From: Longimicrobiales bacterium
GTDB lineage: Bacteria > Gemmatimonadota > Gemmatimonadetes > Longimicrobiales > Gaopeijiaceae
DNA length: 64,000 nt
Direction of reading: 5' to 3'
Assembly: GCA_041690395.1 (NCBI GenBank)
Contig: JAWLHJ010000003.1
Coordinates: 160,001-224,000, forward strand
Shown one piece after another: positions 46,273 to 56,384 of the stretch (positions within the stretch are counted from its first letter, which is position 1; each line of letters begins with the position of its first letter). The translations under genes were made by a program, and so were the position numbers. The notes beneath the pieces are model-generated. The model was not told the origin of the DNA and made no database searches. It saw only the letters and a program-made list of their open reading frames with translations.

Positions 46273-48752
46273 GTCTTGGTCGCCGATTTCGCCTGAAGAT
46301 TGAGTCGCTTGCCGTCCGGGTCGACGCTCACTTCGATCTCGTCGCCCTCGCTGAACTCCGCCTGGAGGATCTTCTCCGACAGCGGGTCTTCGAGGTAACG
46401 CTGGATCGCGCGCTTGAGCGGGCGCGCCCCGAACTTCTCGTTGTAACCTTCCTCGACGAGGAAGGTGATGGCCGCGTCGGTGAGTCGGAGCGTGATGCCC
46501 TCGTCCTCGAGCCGCTTCCGCACGTCCTCCATGAGGATGTGGACGATCTGGCCGATCTCTTCCTTCGTGAGCGGATGGAAGACGATCGTGTCGTCCACGC
46601 GGTTCAGGAACTCGGGGTTGAACGCCCTCTCGATCTCCTGACCCACCCTGTCCTTCATCAGGTCGTAGCTCGACTGCGCGTCCGCCGCCTGGAAGCCGAC
46701 CCCACCGCCCTTCGTGATGTCCCGGGCACCGAGGTTGGACGTCATGATCAGGACGGTGTTCTTGAAGTCGATCACACGACCGTAGTTGTCCGTGAGGTGC
46801 CCTTCGTCGAGCACCTGCAGGAGGATATTGAACACGTCCGGATGTGCCTTCTCGATCTCGTCGAGAAGCACGACGGAGTAAGGGCGACGCCGCACGGCCT
46901 TCGTGAGCGTGCCGGAATCCTCGTACCCGACGTAGCCGGGAGGCGCGCCGATGAGGCGGGACACGGAGAACTTCTCCATGTACTCGCTCATGTCCACGCG
47001 GATGAGGGCCTCGCGGTCCGCGAACAGGAACTCGGCCAGCGCTCGCGCCAGCTCGGTCTTACCCACGCCCGTCGGTCCGGAGAAGATGAACGAGCCGATG
47101 GGCCGGCGCGGGTCCTTGAGTCCCGCGCGGCTGCGCCGGATGGCCCGGCTGATCGCCTCGATCGCGTCGTGCTGCCCCACGATCCTCTTGTGGAGCTCCT
47201 CCTCCATGTTGACGAGCCTATCGGACTCGGTCTGCCGGATACGGGTCACCGGAATGCCCGTCCAGCGGCTCACGATGAAGCCGATCTCCTCGTTTGAGAT
47301 CTCGGGGCGGAACTTCTTCCGCTCCTCCTCCCACGCGGTCTGCCGCTCGCGGATGGCCTGCCCCAACTCCCGCTCCTCGTCGCGCAGCTCGGCCGCGCGC
47401 TCGAAGTCCTGGTCGCCGATGGCGGCTTCCTTCCGCTTCGCGATCTCGGACAGCTCTTCCTTGAGCTCCTCGACCTCCGGCGGCGGAACCTGACTCGCGA
47501 TGCGCGCCCGGGCTCCGGCCTCGTCGATCACGTCGATGGCCTTGTCCGGCAGGAACCGGTCGGTGATGTAGCGGTCGGAGAGCTTGGCGGCCTGCTCGAG
47601 GGCCTCGTCCGGGATGATGACCCGGTGATGGTCCTCGTAGTGCGTGCGAAGCCCCTTCAGGATCTCGACGGTCTCGTCCACGGCGGGCGGATCAACGATC
47701 ACGGGCTGGAAGCGACGCTCGAGCGCGCCGTCCTTCTCGATGTACTTCCGGTACTCGTTGAGCGTGGACGCACCGATGCACTGGAGCTCTCCACGGGCGA
47801 GCGCCGGCTTGAGCATGTTCGACGCGTCGATGGCGCCCTCGGCCGCCCCCGCTCCGACGAGCGTGTGCAGCTCGTCGATGAACAGGATGACCGTCTGGCT
47901 CTGCTGGATCTCGTTCATGACCGCCTTCAGGCGCTCCTCGAACTGACCCCGGTACTTCGTGCCCGCGATGACCGCGGCCATGTCGAGCGCCAGGACGCGG
48001 TGGTCCTTCAACGCGTCGGTGATCTCGCCCTGAGCGATGATCTGGGCCAACCCCTCCACGATGGCGGTCTTGCCGACACCCGGCTCTCCGATGAGCACCG
48101 GATTGTTCTTCTTCCGGCGGCACAGGATCTCGACCACGCGCTCGATCTCGGACGCGCGCCCGATGGTGGGATCGAGCTTATCCTGACGCGCCAGCTCCGT
48201 GAGGTCGCGGCAGAAATGATCGAGCGCGGGCGTCTTGGACTTCTTGTCGCCGCTCTTGCTCGACCCCTGCGACTGTGAGCCACCACCGATCCCGGCCGGC
48301 TCGGACGGACTGACGTCGGAGCCGAGGACCTTGAGCGTCTCGGCGCGGGCCTCCTCGAGGGTCACCCCAAGGGAGTTCAGGACCTGGGCCGCGATCCCCT
48401 TCTCCTCCCGCAGCAGCCCGAGCAGCAGATGCTCGGTGCCGACGTAGGAGTGGTTGAAGTCACGGGCTTCGGCCATGGCGAACTCGAGCACCTTCTTCGC
48501 TCGGCTCGTGTAGGGCAACTCACCCAGGGCGATCGTGGCCTTGCCTTTGCGCACGGACTCCTCGACCCGCTCGTGGATCTGATCCAGATCCACGCTCAGA
48601 TTCGTGAGTACCGCCGCGGCGACGCCTTCGCCCTCACGGATGAGTCCAAGGAGGATGTGCTCCGTACCGACGTAGTCGTGCTGCAGGCGAATGGCCTCCT
48701 CGCGCGCCATCGCCAGCACTTTTCGCACTCGGTCGGTGAAGTTGTAGTTCAT
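46269..48752 (-). CDS. clpC: ATP-dependent Clp protease ATP-binding subunit ClpC
   Basis: Two Clp-N repeats, GEPGVGKT and GPTGVGKT Walker A motifs, UVR middle domain, VGF ClpP-binding loop, GARPLKR. Confidence 0.96.
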   Translation of the reverse strand: MNYNFTDRVRKVLAMAREEAIRLQHDYVGTEHILLGLIREGEGVAAAVLTNLSVDLDQIHERVEESVRKGKATIALGELPYTSRAKKVLEFAMAEARDFNHSYVGTEHLLLGLLREEKGIAAQVLNSLGVTLEEARAETLKVLGSDVSPSEPAGIGGGSQSQGSSKSGDKKSKTPALDHFCRDLTELARQDKLDPTIGRASEIERVVEILCRRKKNNPVLIGEPGVGKTAIVEGLAQIIAQGEITDALKDHRVLALDMAAVIAGTKYRGQFEERLKAVMNEIQQSQTVILFIDELHTLVGAGAAEGAIDASNMLKPALARGELQCIGASTLNEYRKYIEKDGALERRFQPVIVDPPAVDETVEILKGLRTHYEDHHRVIIPDEALEQAAKLSDRYITDRFLPDKAIDVIDEAGARARIASQVPPPEVEELKEELSEIAKRKEAAIGDQDFERAAELRDEERELGQAIRERQTAWEEERKKFRPEISNEEIGFIVSRWTGIPVTRIRQTESDRLVNMEEELHKRIVGQHDAIEAISRAIRRSRAGLKDPRRPIGSFIFSGPTGVGKTELARALAEFLFADREALIRVDMSEYMEKFSVSRLIGAPPGYVGYEDSGTLTKAVRRRPYSVVLLDEIEKAHPDVFNILLQVLDEGHLTDNYGRVIDFKNTVLIMTSNLGARDITKGGGVGFQAADAQSSYDLMKDRVGQEIERAFNPEFLNRVDDTIVFHPLTKEEIGQIVHILMEDVRKRLEDEGITLRLTDAAITFLVEEGYNEKFGARPLKRAIQRYLEDPLSEKILQAEFSEGDEIEVSVDPDGKRLNLQAKSATKT

Positions 48753-48755
48753 CCG

Positions 48756-49883
48756 TCAGGACCGGTCAGGGGACGCGTCTTCGTCGGACGAGGTGTCGTC
48801 CGCCGAAACGTATCCTTCGGTAGCGAGAACGCGCCGCACGTAGGCCGCTCGATGCGCGTCGCTCTCCGTTTGGGGAAGATCACGACCGGCGGCCTGCTCG
48901 AGGTGCGCCGGCTGTGTGAAGATCATCATCTTGTTGAGCGTGTATACACGGAGGCCTGGGAGTAGTTTCAGGCTCACGCCGAGTCGTACGCCCGAGAGGA
49001 GATTCATGAGCTCCTCGAACGAGAGCGACCGGGCGTATCGCAGGAGGCCGTAGGCGCGCCAGATCTTGTCCTCGGTCACCCCGAGCGCATCCCGCATGAG
49101 CACCTGGCGGGCGTGCATCTCGTACTGGATGACCTGGCGGACCACCTTGTCGAGATGGTCGACGAGGTCCTCCTCGGTCTTCCCGAGCGTGGTCTGGTTC
49201 GAGACCTGGAAGAAGTTTCCGACCACTTCGGAGCCTTCGCCGTAGAGGCCGCGGAATGTCAGCCCGACCTGTCCGAGGCCCTGGAGGACCTTCCCGATCT
49301 CCTTGGTGAGCACGAGTCCCGGCAGGTGCATGAACACCGACGCCCTGAGTCCCGTTCCCACGTTCGTGGGGCAGCTCGTCAGGAAGCCGAACTCGGTGTG
49401 GTACGCGAACGGAAGCTCCCGCCCGAGCTCCTCGTCCAGGCGGTCGACGATGCGCCACGCCTCTTCGATGCGGAGCCCCGACACGAGGCTCTGCACCCGC
49501 AGGTGGTCCTCCTCGTTCACCATCACGCTGAGCGGATCGGCACCCGAGAGGTGGACGGCGGCGCCGCGCGACGGTTCTCCGTCCTCCTCGCCCAGCAGAT
49601 CCTTCGAGACGAGCCTCCGCTCGAGTAGGATGCGCCGGGTCCGGAGGTTGGCCTCGGGCATCTCCATGAGCGTGCCTCCGCGCAGCGACTCGCACCGCGC
49701 CGCAGAGGCACGGAACTGCTCGAGCACCGCTTCGCGATCATTCACCCGGGCGCGTGGCCCAAACGCGTGACCCTGCAGGTTACGCGCCAGTCGTACTCTC
49801 GTGGACAGCACGATGTCGGCGTGATCGCCACTCGCTTCGAGCCAGCTCAGGCCGTAATCGGGAATGGAGGCGAACTCGTCCAT
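48756..49883 (-). CDS. mcsB: Protein-arginine kinase McsB
   Basis: LSTRVRLARN, MVNEEDHLR, GFLTSCPTNVGTGLRAS, RGLYGEGSE, QVSNQTTLG. Confidence 0.95.
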   Translation of the reverse strand: MDEFASIPDYGLSWLEASGDHADIVLSTRVRLARNLQGHAFGPRARVNDREAVLEQFRASAARCESLRGGTLMEMPEANLRTRRILLERRLVSKDLLGEEDGEPSRGAAVHLSGADPLSVMVNEEDHLRVQSLVSGLRIEEAWRIVDRLDEELGRELPFAYHTEFGFLTSCPTNVGTGLRASVFMHLPGLVLTKEIGKVLQGLGQVGLTFRGLYGEGSEVVGNFFQVSNQTTLGKTEEDLVDHLDKVVRQVIQYEMHARQVLMRDALGVTEDKIWRAYGLLRYARSLSFEELMNLLSGVRLGVSLKLLPGLRVYTLNKMMIFTQPAHLEQAAGRDLPQTESDAHRAAYVRRVLATEGYVSADDTSSDEDASPDRS

Positions 49884-50048
49884 CTAGTGTCCCGCGTCAG
49901 AAGTTCGTTGAGCACCGAGAGTGCGGCGGCGCCACTGCGGCGAGGCGCGACGACGAGGCATAGCACCGCTACGTCGAGGAGGAGCAACGCTGCCGCAGTG
50001 GATGCAGCGGCGCTCGACTGCCGACGAACTTCTGACTCGGGACACTAG
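49884..50048. mobile_element. Non-autonomous palindromic MITE-like element
   Basis: 25-bp terminal inverted repeats (24/25) CTAGTGTCCCG(C/A)GTCAGAAGTTCGT, nested CCACTGCGGC/GCCGCAGTGG stem, CTAG at both ends; removal restores mcsA TAG directly followed by mcsB ATG. Confidence 0.8.
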
Positions 50049-50548
50049 GCGGGCTCCAGGGAGCGGATCTGGTCACGCAGCTCGGCCGCGCGCTCGAAGT
50101 CCTCGGACTCGATGGCCCGGTGCAGTCGCCGCCGCAACCCCTCGAGCCGCTTCTCCATCTCGGAGGCGGTCGGGTCCGGCGGGAGGTACACCTTGCCCAC
50201 GTGCTGCGTCCCACCGTGCACCCGACGGAGCAGGCGACGCAGGGAACTCGAGAACGTCTCGTAGCAGTGTGGGCAGCCGAGCCGTCCGGTGTCCCGGAAC
50301 TGCTTGAAGGTCAGGCCGCAGTACGAACAGGTGTCGCCGCCCGACTCGACCTCCTCGACCTGATCGTGCCCCATCTGCGCGAGGAAGTCGGTGAGCGGAA
50401 CGCTCGCCGGCTCCGGGGCGCTCTCGAGCCCCTTCTCCGCGGCGCACCGCTCGCAGAGGTGATGTGTCGACATCTCGTTGTTCACGATCTGGGTGAGGTG
50501 AACGACGGCGTCCGTCGAGCCGCAGTTGTCACACACCATGTCGGACAT
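50045..50548 (-). CDS. mcsA: McsA (CxxC zinc motifs plus UVR domain)
   Basis: [40 protein letters not shown]. Confidence 0.94.
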   Translation of the reverse strand: MSDMVCDNCGSTDAVVHLTQIVNNEMSTHHLCERCAAEKGLESAPEPASVPLTDFLAQMGHDQVEEVESGGDTCSYCGLTFKQFRDTGRLGCPHCYETFSSSLRRLLRRVHGGTQHVGKVYLPPDPTASEMEKRLEGLRRRLHRAIESEDFERAAELRDQIRSLEPA

Positions 50549-50618
50549 CGAGCCTCCAGAGCCTCGAGCACGCGTCGCCGCCGGACGATTCCGGAGGTCG
50601 CGATCTCGTTCCCATCGG

Positions 50619-51335
50619 CTACACCCCAGCGTGCGGATGGAGCCGCCCGCCGTCGAGCTGGAGCACGCGGTCCGCTCTGCCGGCGAGATCGGCGTTATGG
50701 GTCACCACGACGAGCGAAAGGTTCCGTCGCTCGCGCAAGGCGAAAAGAAGGTCGTGCAGACGCTCGCTCGTGCGCTTGTCCAGATTGCCGGAGGGCTCGT
50801 CGGCGAGCAGGACCAGGGGCTCGTTGACCAGCGCACGCGCCACGGCTACCCGTTGCTGCTCGCCGCCCGAGAGCTGACGCGGCCGGTGCGTTTCGCGCTC
50901 ACCCAACCCGACCTCGTGGAGCAGCTCGCGCGCCCGGTCGCGAGCGGTGGCGTGCGCGCCGCCGCCCACGAGCGCGGGCATCATCACGTTCTCGAGCGCG
51001 GTGAACTCCCGGAGCAGGTGGTGGAACTGGAAGACGAAGCCGACGTGCCTGTTACGCACCGCGGCCAGCGCCTCGTCGGAGAGCTTGGAGACGTCCTGTC
51101 CGCCCAGGAGGACCCGGCCCGCCGTCGGCCGGTCGAGAGCGCCCAGAATGTGGAGGAAGGTCGACTTCCCCGCCCCGCTGGCGCCGGTGATCGCGATCGC
51201 CTCTCCCGATCCGACCGTGAGGTCGAGGCCGTCGAGGATCTCGAGTGGCGTCCCGTCGCCGCCGACGAAGACCTTCGTCACGTCGCTCGCTTCGAGCGGC
51301 GGCAGCGCGGACCCCGTCATGCGGACGTCACTCAT
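50619..51335 (-). CDS. lolD: Lipoprotein-releasing ABC ATPase LolD
   Basis: GASGAGKST, GFVFQFHHLLREFTALENVMMP, LSGGEQQRVA, LADEPSGNLD. Confidence 0.92.
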   Translation of the reverse strand: MSDVRMTGSALPPLEASDVTKVFVGGDGTPLEILDGLDLTVGSGEAIAITGASGAGKSTFLHILGALDRPTAGRVLLGGQDVSKLSDEALAAVRNRHVGFVFQFHHLLREFTALENVMMPALVGGGAHATARDRARELLHEVGLGERETHRPRQLSGGEQQRVAVARALVNEPLVLLADEPSGNLDKRTSERLHDLLFALRERRNLSLVVVTHNADLAGRADRVLQLDGGRLHPHAGV

Positions 51336-52587
51336 GACGGATCGCCTCGACGGGCTCCAGCCGCGAAGCCTGCAGCGCCGGATAGATGGTCGCGAGGAAG
51401 GCGACCAGGATGCTCGCCCCCACGATGAGGACCACGTCGGTGGCCTGCAGGGACACCGGGAGATGGTCGATGAAGTACACGTCGGGGGGAATCTTGATGA
51501 TCTCGTAGCGGCCGAGCGCCCAGGCCGACACGACCCCGAGCACGGTTCCGAGGGTCGTTCCTACGATGCCGATCCACGCGCCCTGCATCATGAACACCCG
51601 GAGGATGCCCGAGCGGGTCATTCCCATCGCCTTCAGGATCCCGATCTCCCGGGTCCGGTCGGCCACGACCATGACCAACGTGCTGACGATGTTGAACGCC
51701 GCCACGAGCACCACCAGGAAGAGGATCAGCCCCATGGCGAGCTTCTCGAGGCGCAGCGCGCTGAACAGGGCGCGGTTCGTGGTCATCCACGACTCGACGT
51801 GATAAGGATAACCCAGCTCCTCCGAGAGATCCGCCGCCACTTCGCCCGCCCGCTCGGGATCGCGCGTGCGGACGCCGATCCCACCCGCGCTCCCCTCGGG
51901 CATGCCGAGGAGCTCGGCCGCGGCCTCGAAGGTGGTGTAGATGTTCCGGGTATCGTAATCCCACATCCCGGTAGTGAATGTCCCGGTCACCTCGAACTCG
52001 CGGATCGTCGGCGTCAGCCCCCCGAAGACGTCCTGCCGCAGATTCTCCAGGGCGACGATCACGAGCCGGTCGCCCTCGAACACCTGCATCTGGTCGGCGA
52101 GCCGACCGCCCATCAGGATCGGGGGTAGGCCGGACTCGGTGGTCGAGAGGTTCAGGGAGCCCTCCACGATGCGCCGCTCCATCTCGGTCGGAGGCGCCAC
52201 GCGCGTGGTGTCCATCGAGACGCCGTAGAGGAGGGCCGGCTGGGAGTAGGAGCCGTCCTCCGCACGGTGGACCACCGACACCTGGGACAGCGCGAACGGA
52301 GCGGCGCCGATCACGTCCGGGTGATCCGCCACCGACTCGAGCACGGTCGACCAGTCGTCGAGCCGGAGGGTCGTCCCCCGCTGGAGGACGATCGCGTGGG
52401 GACTCGACTCCAGAATCTTGTTGCGCAGGTCCTCCTGCATGCCGGTCATGACGGCAATGACGACCACGAGCGCCCACACGCCGACCGTGACGCCCCCCAG
52501 CGCGATCCAGGTGATCAGCGAGAGCAGCCCCCGGCCCCGGCCCGCGCGCAGATAGCGCCGCGCGATGTACCAGTGCAGGCCCGTCAT
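51328..52587 (-). CDS. Lipoprotein-releasing permease LolC/E
   Basis: IARRYLR, GVTVGV.AL.VV.AVM.G, VAAFNIVSTLVMVV..RTREIGILKAMG, YFIDHLP, ATIYPA. Confidence 0.93.
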   Translation of the reverse strand: MTGLHWYIARRYLRAGRGRGLLSLITWIALGGVTVGVWALVVVIAVMTGMQEDLRNKILESSPHAIVLQRGTTLRLDDWSTVLESVADHPDVIGAAPFALSQVSVVHRAEDGSYSQPALLYGVSMDTTRVAPPTEMERRIVEGSLNLSTTESGLPPILMGGRLADQMQVFEGDRLVIVALENLRQDVFGGLTPTIREFEVTGTFTTGMWDYDTRNIYTTFEAAAELLGMPEGSAGGIGVRTRDPERAGEVAADLSEELGYPYHVESWMTTNRALFSALRLEKLAMGLILFLVVLVAAFNIVSTLVMVVADRTREIGILKAMGMTRSGILRVFMMQGAWIGIVGTTLGTVLGVVSAWALGRYEIIKIPPDVYFIDHLPVSLQATDVVLIVGASILVAFLATIYPALQASRLEPVEAIRHE

Positions 52588-52615
52588 GTCCGCCGCCCCT
52601 TCCCACCGCCGATCC

Positions 52616-54142
52616 TCAATCTTCGTTCCTGAGCGTCGGAAACAGGATGACGTCCCGAATCGACGCCTGGTCGGTCAGCATCATGACGAAGCGGTCCACG
52701 CCCATACCGACTCCGCCGGTCGGGGGCATCCCGTACTCGAGCGCGCGGATGAAGTCCTCGTCGACCTGCTGCGCCTCCTCGTCCCCGGCCGCCCGGAGCG
52801 CTGTCTGCGCTTCGAAGCGGGCGCGCTGGTCGATCGGGTCGTTGAGCTCGGAGAAGGCGTTGAAGATCTCGGCGCCGCCGATGTAGAGCTCGAAGCGCTC
52901 GGTGAGGCGCGGGTCGTCCCTGTGCACCTTGGCCAGCGGGCTGAGCTCGCGCGGATGATCCGTCACGAACGTGGGCTGGATGAGGCCCGGCTCCACGAGC
53001 TCGCCGAACAGCTTGTCGATCAGCTTGCCCCGCCCCGCCCCGTCGAGATCCGGAATCTTGAGCTCCTTGGCACGGGCTCGCAGATCTTCCTCGCTGAGGT
53101 CGTGGACGTTCGTCCCCAGGGCCTCGGACAGGCCGCCGATGAGGGGAAGTCGCCGAAACGGCGGTTTGAAATCGATCTCGTGCTCACCGAAGCGGACCGA
53201 GCGGCGGCCGAACACCGTGTCGAGCACGTGGAGCACCATGCGCTCCACTAGATCCATCTGGTCGTGGTAGTCGGTGAATGCCTGATACCACTCGAGCATG
53301 GTGAACTCGGGGTTGTGCACCCTCGAGAGCCCCTCGTTCCGGAAGTCCTTGCTGATCTCGTACACCCGGTCCAGCCCGCCCACGATCAGCCGCTTCAGAT
53401 AGAGCTCGTCGGCGATCCGGAGGTACATCTTCTGGTCGAGCGCATGGTGATGCGTGACGAACGGCTTGGCCGAGGCGCCACCGTAGAGCGGCTGCAGGAC
53501 GGGCGTCTCGACCTCGAGGAATCCCTCCCCGTCGAGGAAGCTCCGAAGCGCCGAGACGATGCGCGCTCGGACGCGGAACTGCTCCCGCACCTCCGGATGG
53601 ACGGCCAGGTCGGCGTATCGCTGCCGATACCGGGACTCCTGGTCCGCGAAGCCGGAGTGCGTGATGCGCTCGCCGGTCTCGGGATCGGTTTCGACCTTCC
53701 CGAACGGGAGGGGCCGGAGGGACTTGGTCAGGAGCGTCCAGCTGTCGGCGCGCACCGTGACCTCACCGGTCCTGGTGCGGAAGGTGCGCCCCTCGATGCC
53801 GACCCAGTCGCCGAGGTCCAGGAAGTCGAGCTGCTCGAACCGCTCGTCGCCGAGCACGTCCTTCCGCAGGTAGACCTGGATGCGGCCGCCGGCGTCCTCG
53901 ACGTGTGCGAACGCGCTCTTCCCGTGTCCACGCCAGCTCACGATCCGGCCCGCGACGCGAACGGATTGGCCGTCGCCGGATTCGTCGAGCTCACCACCCT
54001 TCTCCGCGGCCTCGAAAGCCTCGGCGGCCTGAGTGGACGTATGGGTGGCGTCGAAGGCGTACGCGAACGGCTCGATGCCCGCGGCTCGCAGCGCTTCGAG
54101 CTTCTCGCGCCGGACGCGCAGCACCTGGTTCAGATCTTCCAT
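52616..54142 (-). CDS. lysS: Lysine--tRNA ligase (class II)
   Basis: RYRQRYADL, EVETPVL, YLRIADELYLKRL, FRNEG...HNPEFT, GMPPTGGVGMGVDR. Confidence 0.97.
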   Translation of the reverse strand: MEDLNQVLRVRREKLEALRAAGIEPFAYAFDATHTSTQAAEAFEAAEKGGELDESGDGQSVRVAGRIVSWRGHGKSAFAHVEDAGGRIQVYLRKDVLGDERFEQLDFLDLGDWVGIEGRTFRTRTGEVTVRADSWTLLTKSLRPLPFGKVETDPETGERITHSGFADQESRYRQRYADLAVHPEVREQFRVRARIVSALRSFLDGEGFLEVETPVLQPLYGGASAKPFVTHHHALDQKMYLRIADELYLKRLIVGGLDRVYEISKDFRNEGLSRVHNPEFTMLEWYQAFTDYHDQMDLVERMVLHVLDTVFGRRSVRFGEHEIDFKPPFRRLPLIGGLSEALGTNVHDLSEEDLRARAKELKIPDLDGAGRGKLIDKLFGELVEPGLIQPTFVTDHPRELSPLAKVHRDDPRLTERFELYIGGAEIFNAFSELNDPIDQRARFEAQTALRAAGDEEAQQVDEDFIRALEYGMPPTGGVGMGVDRFVMMLTDQASIRDVILFPTLRNED

Positions 54143-54191
54143 GGACTCTGTCTTAGGGAGGACGAGGTGGCGCGAAGATCGCGCGCTCGAA

Positions 54192-55302
54192 TCAGGCCGC
54201 GGAGGCCGAGCCGATCATCTTGAGATACGCCTCGATGAACGGGTCCAGCTCTCCGTCCATGACGGAGTGGACGTCGCTGTCCTTCAGCTCGGTGCGGTGG
54301 TCGTTGACCATGGTGTACGGTTGGAAGACGTACGAGCGGATCTGGTTGCCCCACCCGATCTCGGTCTTCGTCGACTCGCGCTCGGCGCGCTCCCGCTCCT
54401 TCTCTTCGAGCGCACGCTGGTAGAGCGCCGCCTTCAGCATCTTCATGGCGGTCGCGCGGTTCTTGTGCTGTGAGCGCTCCTGCTGGCAGGACACCACAAT
54501 GCCCGTCGGCTCGTGCGTGATGCGCACGGCCGAATCGGTCTTGTTGATGTGCTGCCCACCGGCGCCCGAGGCCCGGTACGTGTCGACACGGAGATCACCC
54601 TCGTCGATCTCGATCTCGATGTCGTCGTCGACCGACGGATACACGAACACGCTGGCGAACGACGTATGCCGCCGGGCCTGAGCGTCGAACGGGGAGATGC
54701 GGACGAGGCGGTGCACGCCTCCCTCGGCCTTCAGGTAGCCATAGGCGCTGTCGCCGCGAATCTCGAGCGTGGCACTCTTGATACCCGCCTCCTCGGCCGG
54801 CTGGAGGTCCAGCACCTCGACCTCGTAGCCCTGTCGCTCCGCCCAGCGGGTGTACATCCGCAGGAGCATCTCGGCCCAGTCCTGCGACTCGAGCCCGCCC
54901 GCACCGGGGTGGACCGTGACGATCGCGTCGCGATGGTCGTCCTCGCCCTGGAGCATCGTCCGGACTTCGAGCGACTCCAGGCCCCGATCGACGGCGGCGA
55001 GACCCCGCTCGAACTCACCCTGGAGCTCCTCGTCGTTCTCCTCGGCCAACAACTCGGCGAGCGCGTCGAGCTCCTTCACCTTGGCGGAGAGGTCGTTCCA
55101 GGGATCGACCCAGCCCTTGATCTTGTTCGACTCGGCGATGGTGTCCCGGGCGGACTCGGGATTGTCCCAGAATCCCGGCTGCGCCATCTGTTCCTCGAGC
55201 GTGGTCAGGCGTCCTTCGCGTGAATCCAGGTCAAAGATACCCCCTGAGCTCCTGGACCTTCCGGCGTGCGGAAACCAGGCGCTGCATCTGCTCTTTGTTC
55301 AT
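54192..55302 (-). CDS. prfB: Peptide chain release factor 2, programmed +1 frameshift (join 55302-55234 and 55232-54192)
   Basis: 23-codon ORF ending AGG GGG TAT CTT TGA C; downstream frame has SPF and GGQ motifs. Confidence 0.97.
55230..55245 (-). other. prfB +1 frameshift cassette
   Basis: Internal SD AGGGGG, 3 nt spacer, slippery CTT TGA C. Confidence 0.95.
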
Positions 55303-55424
55303 GGTGCTACGGTCTCGTTGCTCGAGATGGTGCCGACCCTCGTCGACGGGCGAGGCGGCGGGACCCGAAAGCACGAAGGGCCGCCCCGAATCGGACGGCC
55401 CCTCGACGTGGTCCCGGGCGCGGA

Positions 55425-55453
55425 AATATACCGGCGGCCAGCAGGTGATTCAA
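55425..55453 (-). promoter_or_regulatory. sigma70-type promoter for prfB-lysS
   Basis: TTGAAT-N17-TATATT. Confidence 0.6.
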
Positions 55454-55478
55454 CGTCCCGCGAGCTGTCGGCCCACGC

Positions 55479-56366
55479 TCAGAACACCGACTGGCCCTTG
55501 GCCAGGATGTCGTTGAGGGCCAGCCTCCAGAACTCGCGGCCCTCGCCGTCGGCGATCTCGCCGCCGACCTGGTCGACGAACTCCTTCCAGGACTTCTCGA
55601 TCTCCTCCTCGAAGTCCTCGGTCAGCGTGCCCCGCGCGAGCGCCTCCTGATGACGCTCGGCGTTGTACATGACCATGTCTGAGACGAGCACCCGCGCGAG
55701 ACGGCGGGCTTTGTCCATGGGGTCGCGCTTGCCGAACGTGAAGCCCTGTACCGGGGCATCCGCCTGCACCTCGGCGGCGGTCGGCTCCACGGGACCGGCG
55801 GGCTCGGGCTCGGCGAGCGGTTCCGGTTCGGGAAGCGGCTCGGTCAGCTCCGGCTCCGGCACGGACTCGGTCAGCTCCGGCTCGAACTCCGACAGAGCCT
55901 GCTCCGTGGCCTCGTCGGACGGAGGAGCCGGCTGCGGCTCCGCGGCCCAGGCCGCGACCGCGGGGTCGACGGCCGGCGCCTCCGGCTCCGGCTCGGGAAG
56001 CGGCTCCGCTTCCGCGGCCGGCTCGGCCCACTCCTCGGCTCCCCCGGCAGCCCAAGCGGGCATCTCGGAGCTGCCGTCGGGAACCTCCTCAGGGGCCGGC
56101 TCGCCCGCGGGCTCCTCGGCCGCCGAGACTTCCTCGAAAGCGTCGCGCTCGATCGTCAGCGAGTCGTCGCCCGACTCCGCGGACGGCGTGGTCGGGTCCG
56201 GGAGTTCGGGCACCCCGACGGGCGCCTGGGGCTCGGGCTCCGGACGCTCGACACGAAAGACGTGCGCGCACGCGCTGCAGCGAACTTTCACGCCGGTCTC
56301 GGGAATCTTCGCGGGATCCACCGGGAACGAGGTGGCGCAGGACGGACAGGAGACGGTGATGACCAT
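55479..56366 (-). CDS. MJ0042-type zinc-ribbon protein with acidic Pro/Glu linker and helical C-terminal domain
   Basis: CPSC..F.VD..KIP..G.KVRCSAC; PEPE-rich linker; ARRLARVLVSDMVMYN...ALNDILAKG. Confidence 0.85.
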   Translation of the reverse strand: MVITVSCPSCATSFPVDPAKIPETGVKVRCSACAHVFRVERPEPEPQAPVGVPELPDPTTPSAESGDDSLTIERDAFEEVSAAEEPAGEPAPEEVPDGSSEMPAWAAGGAEEWAEPAAEAEPLPEPEPEAPAVDPAVAAWAAEPQPAPPSDEATEQALSEFEPELTESVPEPELTEPLPEPEPLAEPEPAGPVEPTAAEVQADAPVQGFTFGKRDPMDKARRLARVLVSDMVMYNAERHQEALARGTLTEDFEEEIEKSWKEFVDQVGGEIADGEGREFWRLALNDILAKGQSVF

Positions 56367-56384
56367 GATGTCTGGCTCGGGTTG

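Noticed and set aside
43756..46296. 846-aa plus-strand ORF and similar long antisense ORFs (25814-27928, 33601-35502, 57461-59356)
   Set aside because: Shadow frames opposite well-supported genes, expected at this GC content
55790..56030. Repeated GGCTCGG/GGCTCCGG units as a possible CRISPR or DNA repeat array
   Set aside because: They encode the Pro/Glu linker; no constant repeat-spacer periodicity and no cas genes
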